A stretch of 64,000 bases of DNA. It comes from Patescibacteria group bacterium. Its GTDB lineage: Bacteria > Patescibacteriota > Microgenomatia > UBA1400 > CG1-02-47-37. How positions within the stretch are numbered: position 1 is the stretch's first letter; every line of letters starts with the position of its first letter. Positions 19,588 to 27,689 of the stretch are shown piece after piece. The stretch covers positions 2,706 to 66,705 of the forward strand of contig JBBTRT010000005.1 of the NCBI GenBank assembly GCA_038065055.1. The letters are read 5' to 3'. Position numbers and translations under genes: made by a program. The notes under the pieces are model-generated. The model was given only the letters and a program-made list of their open reading frames with translations, had not been told where the DNA came from and did no database searches.

Positions 19588-19872
19588 ATGATGAAAATTG
19601 ATAATAAACAGTATAAGGAAGATATAAAAAAAGAGGAAAACCTTTGGAATAATACAGCCAAAGAAGAACTAAATATATTTCAACCTGATTATAAATTTTA
19701 TCAAAAAACAATACCTTATAAAATATATCGAGATGTTTATGTCAAAAAAATGTTAGAAAAAATCAGTTTTGGAGATAAAGTTCTCGAATTAGGTTGTTAC
19801 AATGGTTGGTTCTCATTAGAAATGGCAAGAAAAGGAGCAATAATTGACGCTTATGATTTATCCTCTAATTAA
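19588..19872 (+). pseudogene. 5' remnant of a class I methyltransferase gene, ending just after motif I/post-I
   Basis: The 94-aa ORF ends ...KVLELGCYNGWFSLEMARKGAIIDAYDLSSN*. The rest of the fold is missing and the surroundings are very AT-rich. Confidence 0.5.
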
Positions 19873-19941
19873 TTAACTAAATTATTGTAGATTAATGAAA
19901 TTAATGTTAACTTTAGAAGAATAGTAAAATTTAATAAATTT

Positions 19942-22767
19942 ATGCCCGCCCTTGTAGGATTCTTAGTAGGATTCTTACTAAAACTTAGTAAAGGATTATT
20001 TTTAATCTTTGGTTTTTTATTCCTTTTTTCTAATCTTCCTCAAGAAGCCTCAGCTGCGACCTTTAATATTGACCCAGGTGACACCACTGGATTAATTAAT
20101 GCAATTAACTTATCAAATTCTAGTCTTGAAAGTGATGTCATTAATCTATCGCCAAATAGTGTTTATGAACTAACATCGATCAATAATGATACTTATTCAA
20201 AAAATGGAATGCCTGTTATTATTTCAGAAATAGTTATTAATGGAAATAATTCAACAATAAAAAGAATCTCAATTGATAGATTCCGTATTTTAGCAATCGT
20301 AGCCCCAGGAAAATTAACTTTAAACAATATTACAATCTCAAATGGTTTTAGCGAAGATCCTTATTATGGTGGAGGCGGAATATTTAATATTAATGGAAAT
20401 CTTATAATTAATAATTCATTTATTTCAAATAATAATTCTCTTATTGGAGGAGGTGCAGGAATATGGGCTGAAAATGGATCCAATACATCAATTTATAAAA
20501 CTAAAATTTCAAATAATAATGGTGGTGGTGGTGAATCAATATCAAGTGGCGGAGCTTTTACTAAAAGAGGAGCGGGAGTGTTTGAAGTTATCGAAAGTAT
20601 TATCAGTAATAATTTTGCCAAGACAATTGGCGGAGCTATTTATTCCAATCATAGCGGTGAAATAATTTTAAGAAATACCGAGATTTCCAATAACTCTGCT
20701 AATAATGAAGGCGGGGCAATATTTGATTATGCAGGATTAATTACAATAGACAGGTCTTGTATCTCAGGAAATTCTTCAATAGCAGTTTCAATACCCGTCG
20801 ATGGTCTCCCAACTGCAATTATTTCTGCTCCAAACAACTACTGGGGTCATGAGAGTGGACCATCAGGAGTCGGTCCGGGTAGCGGCGACTCGATCAGCTC
20901 CAATGTCAATTATTTGCCATTTTTAGCTGACTGTCCGCCACCCCCTTCCCCCTCCCCTTCCCCTTCGCCAAGCCCGGAGCCAAGCATATTGCCGTCGCCG
21001 CTGCCATCGCCCCAACCGACAAAAACTCCCGTAGTAATGCTTCCCGGCTTTGGCGGCAGTTGGAATACTCAAGCGTTAATTTCCGGAGGCGATGAAGGAA
21101 TTTGGAAAAAAACTCCGTTTGTCAAAATCTACGACAACTTAAAACAGACTTTTTTAAACGCTGGCTACACTGAAGGCCAAAATTATTTTGAGCTTTATTA
21201 CGACTGGCGCAAACCACTGGACAACCTCGCCGATCAATTAAAAAACTTTTTGGAAACAACAGTTTTAGCCGGCAAGCCGGAAAACACAAAAATAAACTTT
21301 ATCGGACATAGTATGGGCGGACTAGTTGCCAGAACGTACGGCCAAAAATACGGCATAGATAAAATCAATGAATTAGTTACCGTCGGTTCATCGCATCAAG
21401 GGGCTATCCCCGCCTGGAGACTTTGGTCGGGCGCGGATGTTGACGACCATTGGTCATTTAGCCGGCTTGGCCTGCAACTTTACTTACAGTTGCAAAAAGG
21501 CAGGTTTGATTCGCCGGTTGCCGCGATTCAAGCCTTATCTCCCAGTCTACAGGACCTAACCCCAACCTTTGATTTTGCCAAAAAGAACAATTTGGCTGTG
21601 CCAATTAACACCATGAGTTTTACTAATAATTATCTAGCCGAATTAAATAATGCTTTAACGCCAAACTTGAAAAATATTTTCAATATTGTTTATGGGGAAG
21701 CCGAAAATAACACCGTTGAATGGGTTAATTTGGGAACCAGATCTTTGGCTGACAGGCTGTTGGGCCGGTGGCCGGACGGCAGACCGATTGATTACCTTTT
21801 CACTCCGCAAGGCGATTTAACCGTTTTGGCGAAAAGCGCAATCATAAATGAAGTTGGCTCTATTGCCACAGTCTCCGGCAATCATTCGGAAATTGTGAGC
21901 GAGGCGGACGGAATTCAGGCAATTTTGAACGCATTGGATTTAACACAAGTCGTGCCGTCGACCGCAACCGCAAGCGCCCGCCGCAACCCGCTTTTGTTTT
22001 TCTTTTTACACTCGCCGGCGCAAATTAAAGTTACCTCCGCTGAAGGACTGGAAGCCGGTTTTGGTTCAGCGGCGACTTTACCGGACACAATTTACTCGGA
22101 AGAAGATAAGTTGCTGCTAATTCAAAACGCTTTAAGCGATTATTATCAAACAGAAATAGTCGGGCAAGGTAATGGAGTTTACGGCCTGGAAATCGGCCAA
22201 TTAACTGATGAAAGCGATAACTGGTTCAATATTGAAAATAATATCAATCAAGGCGAATCTGATTTTTTCGAGGTAAACTTAACCCAAGTGAAACCGGCCA
22301 ATCCGCTGGAATTAACAATTTACCAGTTAAATAAAATAAAAAATTCCGCCAGCAGTAAAAAATTAATCAAAAGAATTGAAGCAATTATCAGGAAATTAAA
22401 CCTGCAAAGGCAAAATGGATTGCTGGACATTATTGATGATATTTACAGCCTGGATTATAAAATCAGCGAACTGGATAAGGCAGGTAAATGGCTAATTGAA
22501 ACGATTGAAGAACCCGTTAAAGACAGGTTGAAAATATTAACTAAACTAATAACGGCAAAAGAAATAATAACCAGCGAAAAGTTTTTGGAGTCGATGAAAA
22601 ATAAAATCGATCAAAAAATTAAGAGCGAAAATCCGGAAATTGGAACAAGACTAGAGCTGGCGGAAGAGTATTTGGCTAAAGCGAAGGCTGATTTTGAAAA
22701 GGGGCTTTACCGGCGGGCAAGGGCGGAAAGAAAGATAGTTAAGATAATTTTGCATAAAATATTATAG
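19942..22767 (+). CDS. secreted multidomain protein: signal peptide, right-handed beta-helix with PMP-like GGAI/FxxN repeats, Pro/Ser linker, alpha/beta-hydrolase lipase (LCAT/PGAP1-like), C-terminal coiled coil
   Basis: Signal peptide ...LPQEASA/ATF. Repeats GGGIFNINGN, GGAGIW, GGAIYSN and GGAIFDY. Linker PPPPSPSPSPSPSPEPSILPSPLPSPQP. Lipase features MLPGFGGSW...YDWR...GHSMGGLVAR. The tail is Lys/Glu-rich and helical. Confidence 0.75.
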   Translation: MPALVGFLVGFLLKLSKGLFLIFGFLFLFSNLPQEASAATFNIDPGDTTGLINAINLSNSSLESDVINLSPNSVYELTSINNDTYSKNGMPVIISEIVINGNNSTIKRISIDRFRILAIVAPGKLTLNNITISNGFSEDPYYGGGGIFNINGNLIINNSFISNNNSLIGGGAGIWAENGSNTSIYKTKISNNNGGGGESISSGGAFTKRGAGVFEVIESIISNNFAKTIGGAIYSNHSGEIILRNTEISNNSANNEGGAIFDYAGLITIDRSCISGNSSIAVSIPVDGLPTAIISAPNNYWGHESGPSGVGPGSGDSISSNVNYLPFLADCPPPPSPSPSPSPSPEPSILPSPLPSPQPTKTPVVMLPGFGGSWNTQALISGGDEGIWKKTPFVKIYDNLKQTFLNAGYTEGQNYFELYYDWRKPLDNLADQLKNFLETTVLAGKPENTKINFIGHSMGGLVARTYGQKYGIDKINELVTVGSSHQGAIPAWRLWSGADVDDHWSFSRLGLQLYLQLQKGRFDSPVAAIQALSPSLQDLTPTFDFAKKNNLAVPINTMSFTNNYLAELNNALTPNLKNIFNIVYGEAENNTVEWVNLGTRSLADRLLGRWPDGRPIDYLFTPQGDLTVLAKSAIINEVGSIATVSGNHSEIVSEADGIQAILNALDLTQVVPSTATASARRNPLLFFFLHSPAQIKVTSAEGLEAGFGSAATLPDTIYSEEDKLLLIQNALSDYYQTEIVGQGNGVYGLEIGQLTDESDNWFNIENNINQGESDFFEVNLTQVKPANPLELTIYQLNKIKNSASSKKLIKRIEAIIRKLNLQRQNGLLDIIDDIYSLDYKISELDKAGKWLIETIEEPVKDRLKILTKLITAKEIITSEKFLESMKNKIDQKIKSENPEIGTRLELAEEYLAKAKADFEKGLYRRARAERKIVKIILHKIL

Positions 22768-22819
22768 AGGCAATGGTGGTGAAGGTGATAATGAAGTGGT
22801 AAGTGGTATAATTTATCCA

Positions 22820-23302
22820 ATGCCAGGACAAATTATTCTTATTCATGATAGACCAGACTTTGCCGAAGTCAAAGCAGAGCTTTTAAGCTGGCAACTTGAA
22901 TGCAAAGTAATACCGGTGACTACAGCCAAAGAAGCAATGGAATTAATTTCCAAGGGCTTAGGAAAAGTTGACACGGTAATAGTTCATAAAGACCAGGGGC
23001 AATATTCCAAAGAAGAATATACTGGATCTAATAGAGGGTGGGTTGATGATATCGTTGAGGCAATTCATAAAGAAAATGAAACAGTACGGATAGGAATATT
23101 AAGCGGAGAATTTCCTAACGGGATCGGGCACGTTAAAGAATTAAAAGCGGATTTTTACCTTAGCCCTGAAGACACCGTACGAGAAGAATCATGGTTTTTG
23201 GAGCAATTGCAAAAAGGACCTGTTTCTCCAAAGGAAATTGGGAAAAGAGGGCAAGAGGTAGCGATGCCGTCAGGCCCTTCGGCTGCTGAAAGGCTTTATT
23301 AA
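22820..23302 (+). CDS. receiver (CheY-like) fold protein with degenerate acidic pocket; hypothetical
   Basis: QIILIHDRPDF...VIPVTTAKEAMELI...VDTVIVHKD resembles a receiver beta-alpha pattern, but the N-terminal DD pair is HD. The start was set to ATG 22820, 7 nt after TATAAT (22807-22812). Confidence 0.4.
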   Translation: MPGQIILIHDRPDFAEVKAELLSWQLECKVIPVTTAKEAMELISKGLGKVDTVIVHKDQGQYSKEEYTGSNRGWVDDIVEAIHKENETVRIGILSGEFPNGIGHVKELKADFYLSPEDTVREESWFLEQLQKGPVSPKEIGKRGQEVAMPSGPSAAERLY

Positions 23303-23372
23303 TTTTTTTGGTTAAGATAAATTTTTAAAGCAAGGGGTGGGGCGAGGGCAGAGGCAATTGTGAAAAAAGTGA

Positions 23373-23852
23373 TTATACAAAAGTGGCTTTGATAACTTTT
23401 CGATCACCCTGGCACCAATCCCAACCTCTGGGAATGGGGATACCGGCTTGAGACAAATGAGCAAAATTTTCCTGGTAATTCCTACCAGTCAACCGAATAG
23501 TTTCCCTGGTAAAATCATCACGGCACGAATAGCTGCTAACGGCAAGAAAAAATGGCAGTTCCTGACCTGATTCCAGCTGGGGCAACCTCGACCAGGTAGT
23601 TTGCAGGTTAATAATATCCCCGTTCATCGGCATGGCGGCCAGGTAAACACCTGAGGAAAGCGCCCTAAGGACTTGCTCAACTGACTGGGGATACAGCCGG
23701 CCAAATTCTTGAGGAATATCAAAGCAAATGGTCGCAAAATTGGCGACAGTCGCCGCTTGAGTATATTGGTACTTGACTAAACGCTGTTGCAAAAAATCTT
23801 TCAGGGCAGAGGTTTCTTGTTCGCTGTAAGCACCACAAAATTCTATTGACAT
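23373..23852 (-). CDS. hypothetical protein (159 aa)
   Basis: Clean ORF, 10 nt downstream of its operon partner. I recognise no family. Confidence 0.5.
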   Translation of the reverse strand: MSIEFCGAYSEQETSALKDFLQQRLVKYQYTQAATVANFATICFDIPQEFGRLYPQSVEQVLRALSSGVYLAAMPMNGDIINLQTTWSRLPQLESGQELPFFLAVSSYSCRDDFTRETIRLTGRNYQENFAHLSQAGIPIPRGWDWCQGDRKVIKATFV

Positions 23853-23862
23853 AACTGTGTAG

Positions 23863-24336
23863 CTACTCGGCTAAAACTGATTCTCTCTGGACAGAAGGAA
23901 AAATAACCACTGAAATAGGCGCGTCAGTTACTGAAGGCGTAAATTTTACAGGAACATCTAGGGTATCAGCATAAAAAGTAGCCGTTATTTCAGGAACAAT
24001 TTGAACTGGTTTGCCTTCTTCGCTTAACTCAAATGAACCTAGGTGTCTAGCTGTATCTTCGGTAGTAAAAACGTCAACTATGGTTTTACCTGGTTGACCT
24101 GTTTTCTTGTTTTTTCTAATATCGCTGACGGAAAGAATTAAGGCTGGCTGTCCAGCCTCATCAACTATATCTAATTTCTGATCTTGCCCGGTTGTTACCA
24201 TAGCAATCGTGCCGGCATCCTTTAATTTAAGTTTGCTGGAAGGCGGGTTAATCGCCACTAAACCTTCCCCTAATTTAAAAAGCGCAGCTCCGGCAAGAGG
24301 CAAAAGAGTACCAATTAAACTAATTTCTTGAAACAT
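23863..24336 (-). CDS. hypothetical secreted/membrane-anchored protein (157 aa)
   Basis: N-terminal hydrophobic segment ISLIGTLLPLAGAALF. TGGTAAAAT (complement of 24344-24352) lies 7 nt upstream of the ATG. Confidence 0.5.
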   Translation of the reverse strand: MFQEISLIGTLLPLAGAALFKLGEGLVAINPPSSKLKLKDAGTIAMVTTGQDQKLDIVDEAGQPALILSVSDIRKNKKTGQPGKTIVDVFTTEDTARHLGSFELSEEGKPVQIVPEITATFYADTLDVPVKFTPSVTDAPISVVIFPSVQRESVLAE

Positions 24337-24371
24337 ATGGCATATTTTACCATTTTGCTATAATCTGGGTA

Positions 24372-24800
24372 ATGAGAGAGTTGTTTACTAAATTCGAGCC
24401 GGAATTTTGCGATGCCCCGATAGCAAAAGAAGTTCAATTTGCTTATCAACTAATGGTTTGGATGAGTAATAAAAAAAGATTTCTTTCACCTAGAGACACC
24501 ATTTCTAATTTAATGGCGGCGGTCACTTTAAGAATGGAAATGATGCCTCATGTTTACCAATTAGGTTTACAGTCAAACGCCACGATTGAAACTGCAATAC
24601 CAATATACAGTCAACAAAATAAAGGCATTACCGCACACACTATTTTAGTGCCAGCTTATTTTGACAAGATATTTAATCTGCCTTTCAGAATGCATCAAGC
24701 CTTAAATGGTTTAGTCACCGCAACCAGCCAAATGAGATATGACGGAAGTTGCCAATTTGTTGAATATCATCGAGCCGCGTTCTTACAATCAGTCCACTAA
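24372..24800 (+). CDS. hypothetical protein (142 aa)
   Basis: Clean ORF. TGCTATAAT (24356-24364) lies 7 nt upstream of the ATG. Confidence 0.5.
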   Translation: MRELFTKFEPEFCDAPIAKEVQFAYQLMVWMSNKKRFLSPRDTISNLMAAVTLRMEMMPHVYQLGLQSNATIETAIPIYSQQNKGITAHTILVPAYFDKIFNLPFRMHQALNGLVTATSQMRYDGSCQFVEYHRAAFLQSVH

Positions 24801-24819
24801 ATTTTGGTATAATAGGCTT

Positions 24820-25605
24820 ATGACTAAAATATTTTTAGATAGCGGGGATCCGCAGGAAACTAAAACGGCTTTGCAGGTGCTGGGAAAACTGGATGGCCAA
24901 ACGACTAATCCCAGCTTGATTGCCAAAAACCCCCAAGCGCAAGGAAAAAAATTTAAAGCCGTAGTGCAGGAAATTTCCCAACTAATCCCCCAGGGTTCGG
25001 TATCAATTGAAGTGTACGCGGATAAGACGACCACAAAAGAACAAATGGTCAGCGAGGGTTTGAAAATGAACAGCTGGATCCCGAACTGCCACATTAAACT
25101 GCCGATTTTTCCGGCCGGGCTGGAAGCGGCGGCTGAACTGGTAAAACAAGGAGTAAACGTGAACATGACTTTGTGTTTCAGTCAAGAACAGGCCGCGGCA
25201 GTCTACGGCGCTACCATGGGAGCGAAAAAAGGCCAGGTGTTTATTTCGCCGTTTATCGGTAGGCTGGATGATAAAGGCATTAAAGGCATGGATTTAATTA
25301 AAAATATTCTGAATATGTATAAAACCGGCGACGGGCACGTGGAGGTGCTAGGGGCCAGCATCCGGTCTTTGTCCCACCTGACTGACAGCCTGGAAATGAA
25401 CGTGGATATTTTGACGGCCCCTTTATCGATTTTAACGGCCTGGCAGAATAAAGAAGCGGTGACTGAACCGGCGACCTTGCTAGGGATTGAGTATGAAACT
25501 CTGGATTTGAACAAACCCTGGCATGAATTTAATCTTGAACATGAATTGACAAATGCGGGAATGGATAAGTTCGCGGCCGACTGGAAAGGGATGATTAAAG
25601 AATAG
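24820..25605 (+). CDS. tal: transaldolase / fructose-6-phosphate aldolase family (short TalC/FSA type)
   Basis: MTKIFLDSGD...GQTTNPSL...CHIKLP...NMTLCFS...FISPFIGRLDD. The start was set to ATG 24820, 6 nt after TGGTATAAT. Confidence 0.85.
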   Translation: MTKIFLDSGDPQETKTALQVLGKLDGQTTNPSLIAKNPQAQGKKFKAVVQEISQLIPQGSVSIEVYADKTTTKEQMVSEGLKMNSWIPNCHIKLPIFPAGLEAAAELVKQGVNVNMTLCFSQEQAAAVYGATMGAKKGQVFISPFIGRLDDKGIKGMDLIKNILNMYKTGDGHVEVLGASIRSLSHLTDSLEMNVDILTAPLSILTAWQNKEAVTEPATLLGIEYETLDLNKPWHEFNLEHELTNAGMDKFAADWKGMIKE

Positions 25606-25679
25606 TGCTCGCGTCTGGATTTGAACCAGAGACCTCTCGAATGTGAATCGAACGCTCTAACCAACTGAGCTACGCGAGC
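25606..25679 (-). tRNA. tRNA-Val (anticodon CAC), 74 nt, no encoded CCA
   Basis: The reverse complement folds as a cloverleaf. Acceptor GCTCGCG/CGCGAGC; D arm GCTC-AGTTGGTTA-GAGC; anticodon arm TTCGA-TTCACAT-TCGAG; variable loop AGGTC; T arm TCTGG-TTCAAAT-CCAGA; discriminator A. Confidence 0.9.
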
Positions 25680-25695
25680 AATTTGGGATTAAGCG

Positions 25696-25724
25696 TTGAC
25701 ATAATTATAACAAACCCCTAGCAT
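25696..25724 (+). promoter_or_regulatory. sigma70-type promoter for lepB: TTGACA, 17 nt spacer, TAGCAT, 7 nt before the ATG
   Basis: TTGACA at 25696-25701, TAGCAT at 25719-25724 and ATG at 25732, all read directly. Confidence 0.55.
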
Positions 25725-25731
25725 TAAGAGT

Positions 25732-26310
25732 ATGGAAAATGACGGAATTTTAAAAAGATTGTGGCTGTGGTTTTTAGATTTTATCGAGACAATCGTAATT
25801 GCCCTGGCTATTTTTGTGGTGGTATACCGCTTTTTATTCCAGCCGCACCAGGTAAAAGGCAATTCCATGTTTGATAATTTTCATGACGGCGAATACTTGC
25901 TGACCGATAAAGTCAGCTACCGCTTTAATCTGCCGGTAAAAGACGACGTCATTGTCTTTAAAGCGCCGATGAATGAAGATTATGATTACATCAAGCGAAT
26001 TATTGGCTTGCCCGGAGATAAAGTGTCACTAAAAGATGGTCAAGTATATATCAATGACCAACAAGACAATGAATCCGGCTATTTAGACGGCAGAATCCGA
26101 ACTATGCCTGGACGATATTTATATGAAGGAGTAACGATTAACGTACCCAGCGGCAATTATTTTGTCATGGGAGATAACCGAAATAACTCAAGCGATTCCA
26201 GGGATTTTGGGCCGGTGCCGGGGGAAAATATCGTCGGCAAAGCTTGGGTAAAATACTGGCCGTTAAATGATCTGGGGCTGATTAAAAAATACCCTAAGTT
26301 AAAGATTTAA
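25732..26310 (+). CDS. lepB: signal peptidase I
   Basis: Catalytic Ser box KGNSMFDNF, Lys box YIKRIIGLPGD and GDNRNNSSDSR. Confidence 0.9.
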   Translation: MENDGILKRLWLWFLDFIETIVIALAIFVVVYRFLFQPHQVKGNSMFDNFHDGEYLLTDKVSYRFNLPVKDDVIVFKAPMNEDYDYIKRIIGLPGDKVSLKDGQVYINDQQDNESGYLDGRIRTMPGRYLYEGVTINVPSGNYFVMGDNRNNSSDSRDFGPVPGENIVGKAWVKYWPLNDLGLIKKYPKLKI

Positions 26311-27112
26311 CTAGCTGCTGAAGGATGGTTTCGGTGGCTTCAGGCGTTCCTTTTAAGACAATCTGCAACCGGGTTTCACGGTGGGTGCGGATTAATTTAA
26401 CTTTCGCGCCAGGCAATGACTTGGTTAAAGATGCGACCATGGAGTCGATTTCCTGGCTGACTAAATGGGCCGGGCGGGAAGGCGAGGCTTTGGCCTCTTG
26501 GCCGGTTTTAGACTTCATCCGGCGGGCCAGTTCTTCAGCGCGGCGGACAGAACCGGATTCTTTGAGAATAATCTTGTACGCCTCAATCATCGAATTTTTA
26601 TCTTCGATTGAAGATAAGGCCCGGGCGTGGCCTTCAGAAATCAGGCCGGACAGCAAGCCGTCTTTTAAAGCATCAGGCAAAGATAAAAGTTTCAAGGAGT
26701 TGGAAACATAAGACGGGCTTTTGCCGATACGCTGGGCAATCTCGGCATTGGAAAGGTCAAATTCTTCGATCAGGCGTTCAAAAGCTTTAGCCCGGTCGAT
26801 GGCGTTTAAGTCGGTGCGCTGGACGTTTTCCACAATCGCCATCTCCAGCATTCCCTGAGGCGAAGTTTCCTTGATAATTGAGGGAACATGGCTTAAACCG
26901 GCTAGCTTGGCGGCCCGCCAGCGGCGTTCGCCGGCAATAATCTGAAAACCGGCCGGGGTGTGGGCCACAATCAAGGGTTCAATAATACCATGTTCGCGAA
27001 TGGAATCAACCAAATCCATCAACGAATCCGGAGTAATCATGCCGCGGGGCTGAAGCGGATTGGGCTGAACCTGGTTAATGTCGAGTTGGTCGATGGCTTG
27101 TTTATCCGGCAT
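26294..27112 (-). CDS. parB: ParB/Spo0J-type partition protein
   Basis: GIIEPLIV...FQIIAGERRWRAAKLAG and HTH region SNAEIAQRIGKSPSYVSNSLKLL. Confidence 0.9.
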   Translation of the reverse strand: MPDKQAIDQLDINQVQPNPLQPRGMITPDSLMDLVDSIREHGIIEPLIVAHTPAGFQIIAGERRWRAAKLAGLSHVPSIIKETSPQGMLEMAIVENVQRTDLNAIDRAKAFERLIEEFDLSNAEIAQRIGKSPSYVSNSLKLLSLPDALKDGLLSGLISEGHARALSSIEDKNSMIEAYKIILKESGSVRRAEELARRMKSKTGQEAKASPSRPAHLVSQEIDSMVASLTKSLPGAKVKLIRTHRETRLQIVLKGTPEATETILQQLVKSLT

Positions 27113-27353
27113 AGACGGAAATAAATTTACGGCCTTGGCGGGTTAAAAATTTAACAATGCCGTTGCGCATAGCGTATAAAGTGTAATCGCGCCCCTGGCC
27201 AACGCCTTCGCCCGCATGGACAACCGTGCCATTTTGGCGGATTAGAATCATGCCGGTGGTGACTTTGGCGCCGCCGAATTTTTTAACCCCTAAGCGTTTA
27301 CCGGGACGGGTGGTATGCTGAATAGTGGAACCGGTGGTTTTTTTATGGGCCAT
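27102..27353 (-). CDS. rpmA: 50S ribosomal protein L27
   Basis: MAHKKTTGSTIQHTTRPGKRLGVKKFGG...GMILIRQNGT. Confidence 0.95.
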   Translation of the reverse strand: MAHKKTTGSTIQHTTRPGKRLGVKKFGGAKVTTGMILIRQNGTVVHAGEGVGQGRDYTLYAMRNGIVKFLTRQGRKFISVYAG

Positions 27354-27357
27354 AAAA

Positions 27358-27666
27358 TTAGATTTTTAAAATTTTAACCTCAGTTAATTGCTGGCGCTTA
27401 CCAGTGGTCTTGCGGTAACGGGATTTAGCTTTAAATTTTTCCACCGAGATTTTTTTAGCCTGATATTGGCGAAGAATTTCCGCTGTCACCTTAACAGCTT
27501 TCAGGTAAGGTTCGCCGAATTCAGCCTTATCACCGTCTATGGTTAGCAGGACCTGATCAAAGTTAATTTTATCACCGGCTTTTCCCTCAAAACGGGGAAT
27601 TGATAACTTTAGGTTAGGAGTGACTAAAAATTGTTTGCCTTTGGTTAAAATGACAGCAGTCTTCAT
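27358..27666 (-). CDS. rplU: 50S ribosomal protein L21
   Basis: MKTAVILTKGKQFLVTP... and a C-terminal basic tail. TATAAT (complement of 27675-27680) lies 8 nt upstream of the ATG. Confidence 0.9.
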   Translation of the reverse strand: MKTAVILTKGKQFLVTPNLKLSIPRFEGKAGDKINFDQVLLTIDGDKAEFGEPYLKAVKVTAEILRQYQAKKISVEKFKAKSRYRKTTGKRQQLTEVKILKI

Positions 27667-27689
27667 AAAACGGTATTATAAAACAATTT

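Noticed and set aside
19481-19711. 76-aa minus-strand ORF in the AT-rich gap upstream of the glycan operon
   Set aside because: Its composition is Tyr/Phe/Leu-rich, as expected for AT-rich DNA. Its 3' end is simply the REP-like palindrome read through (KDSPRRL). It has no promoter or start context.
20935-21030. CCTTCCCC/CCGTCGCC-type DNA repetition
   Set aside because: It is simply the codons of the Pro/Ser-rich interdomain linker (PPPPSPSPSPSPSPEPS...) of the 941-aa protein, not an independent repeat element.
23334-23354. G-rich tract GGGGTGGGGCGAGGGCAGAGG (possible G-quadruplex) between convergent genes
   Set aside because: It has only three runs of at least 3 G and a fourth GG. It is a single occurrence, and nothing else supports a function.
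25203-25664. 153-aa minus-strand ORF overlapping tal and the tRNA gene
   Set aside because: It lies entirely antisense to the well-supported transaldolase gene and runs through tRNA-Val, so it is a shadow ORF.
26294-27112. A canonical parS site (TGTTNCACGTGAAACA) in or near parB
   Set aside because: I did not find a convincing match by eye in or around parB. The nearest similar string (GGTTTCACGGTGGG near 26371) is not palindromic. A proper pattern search is needed.
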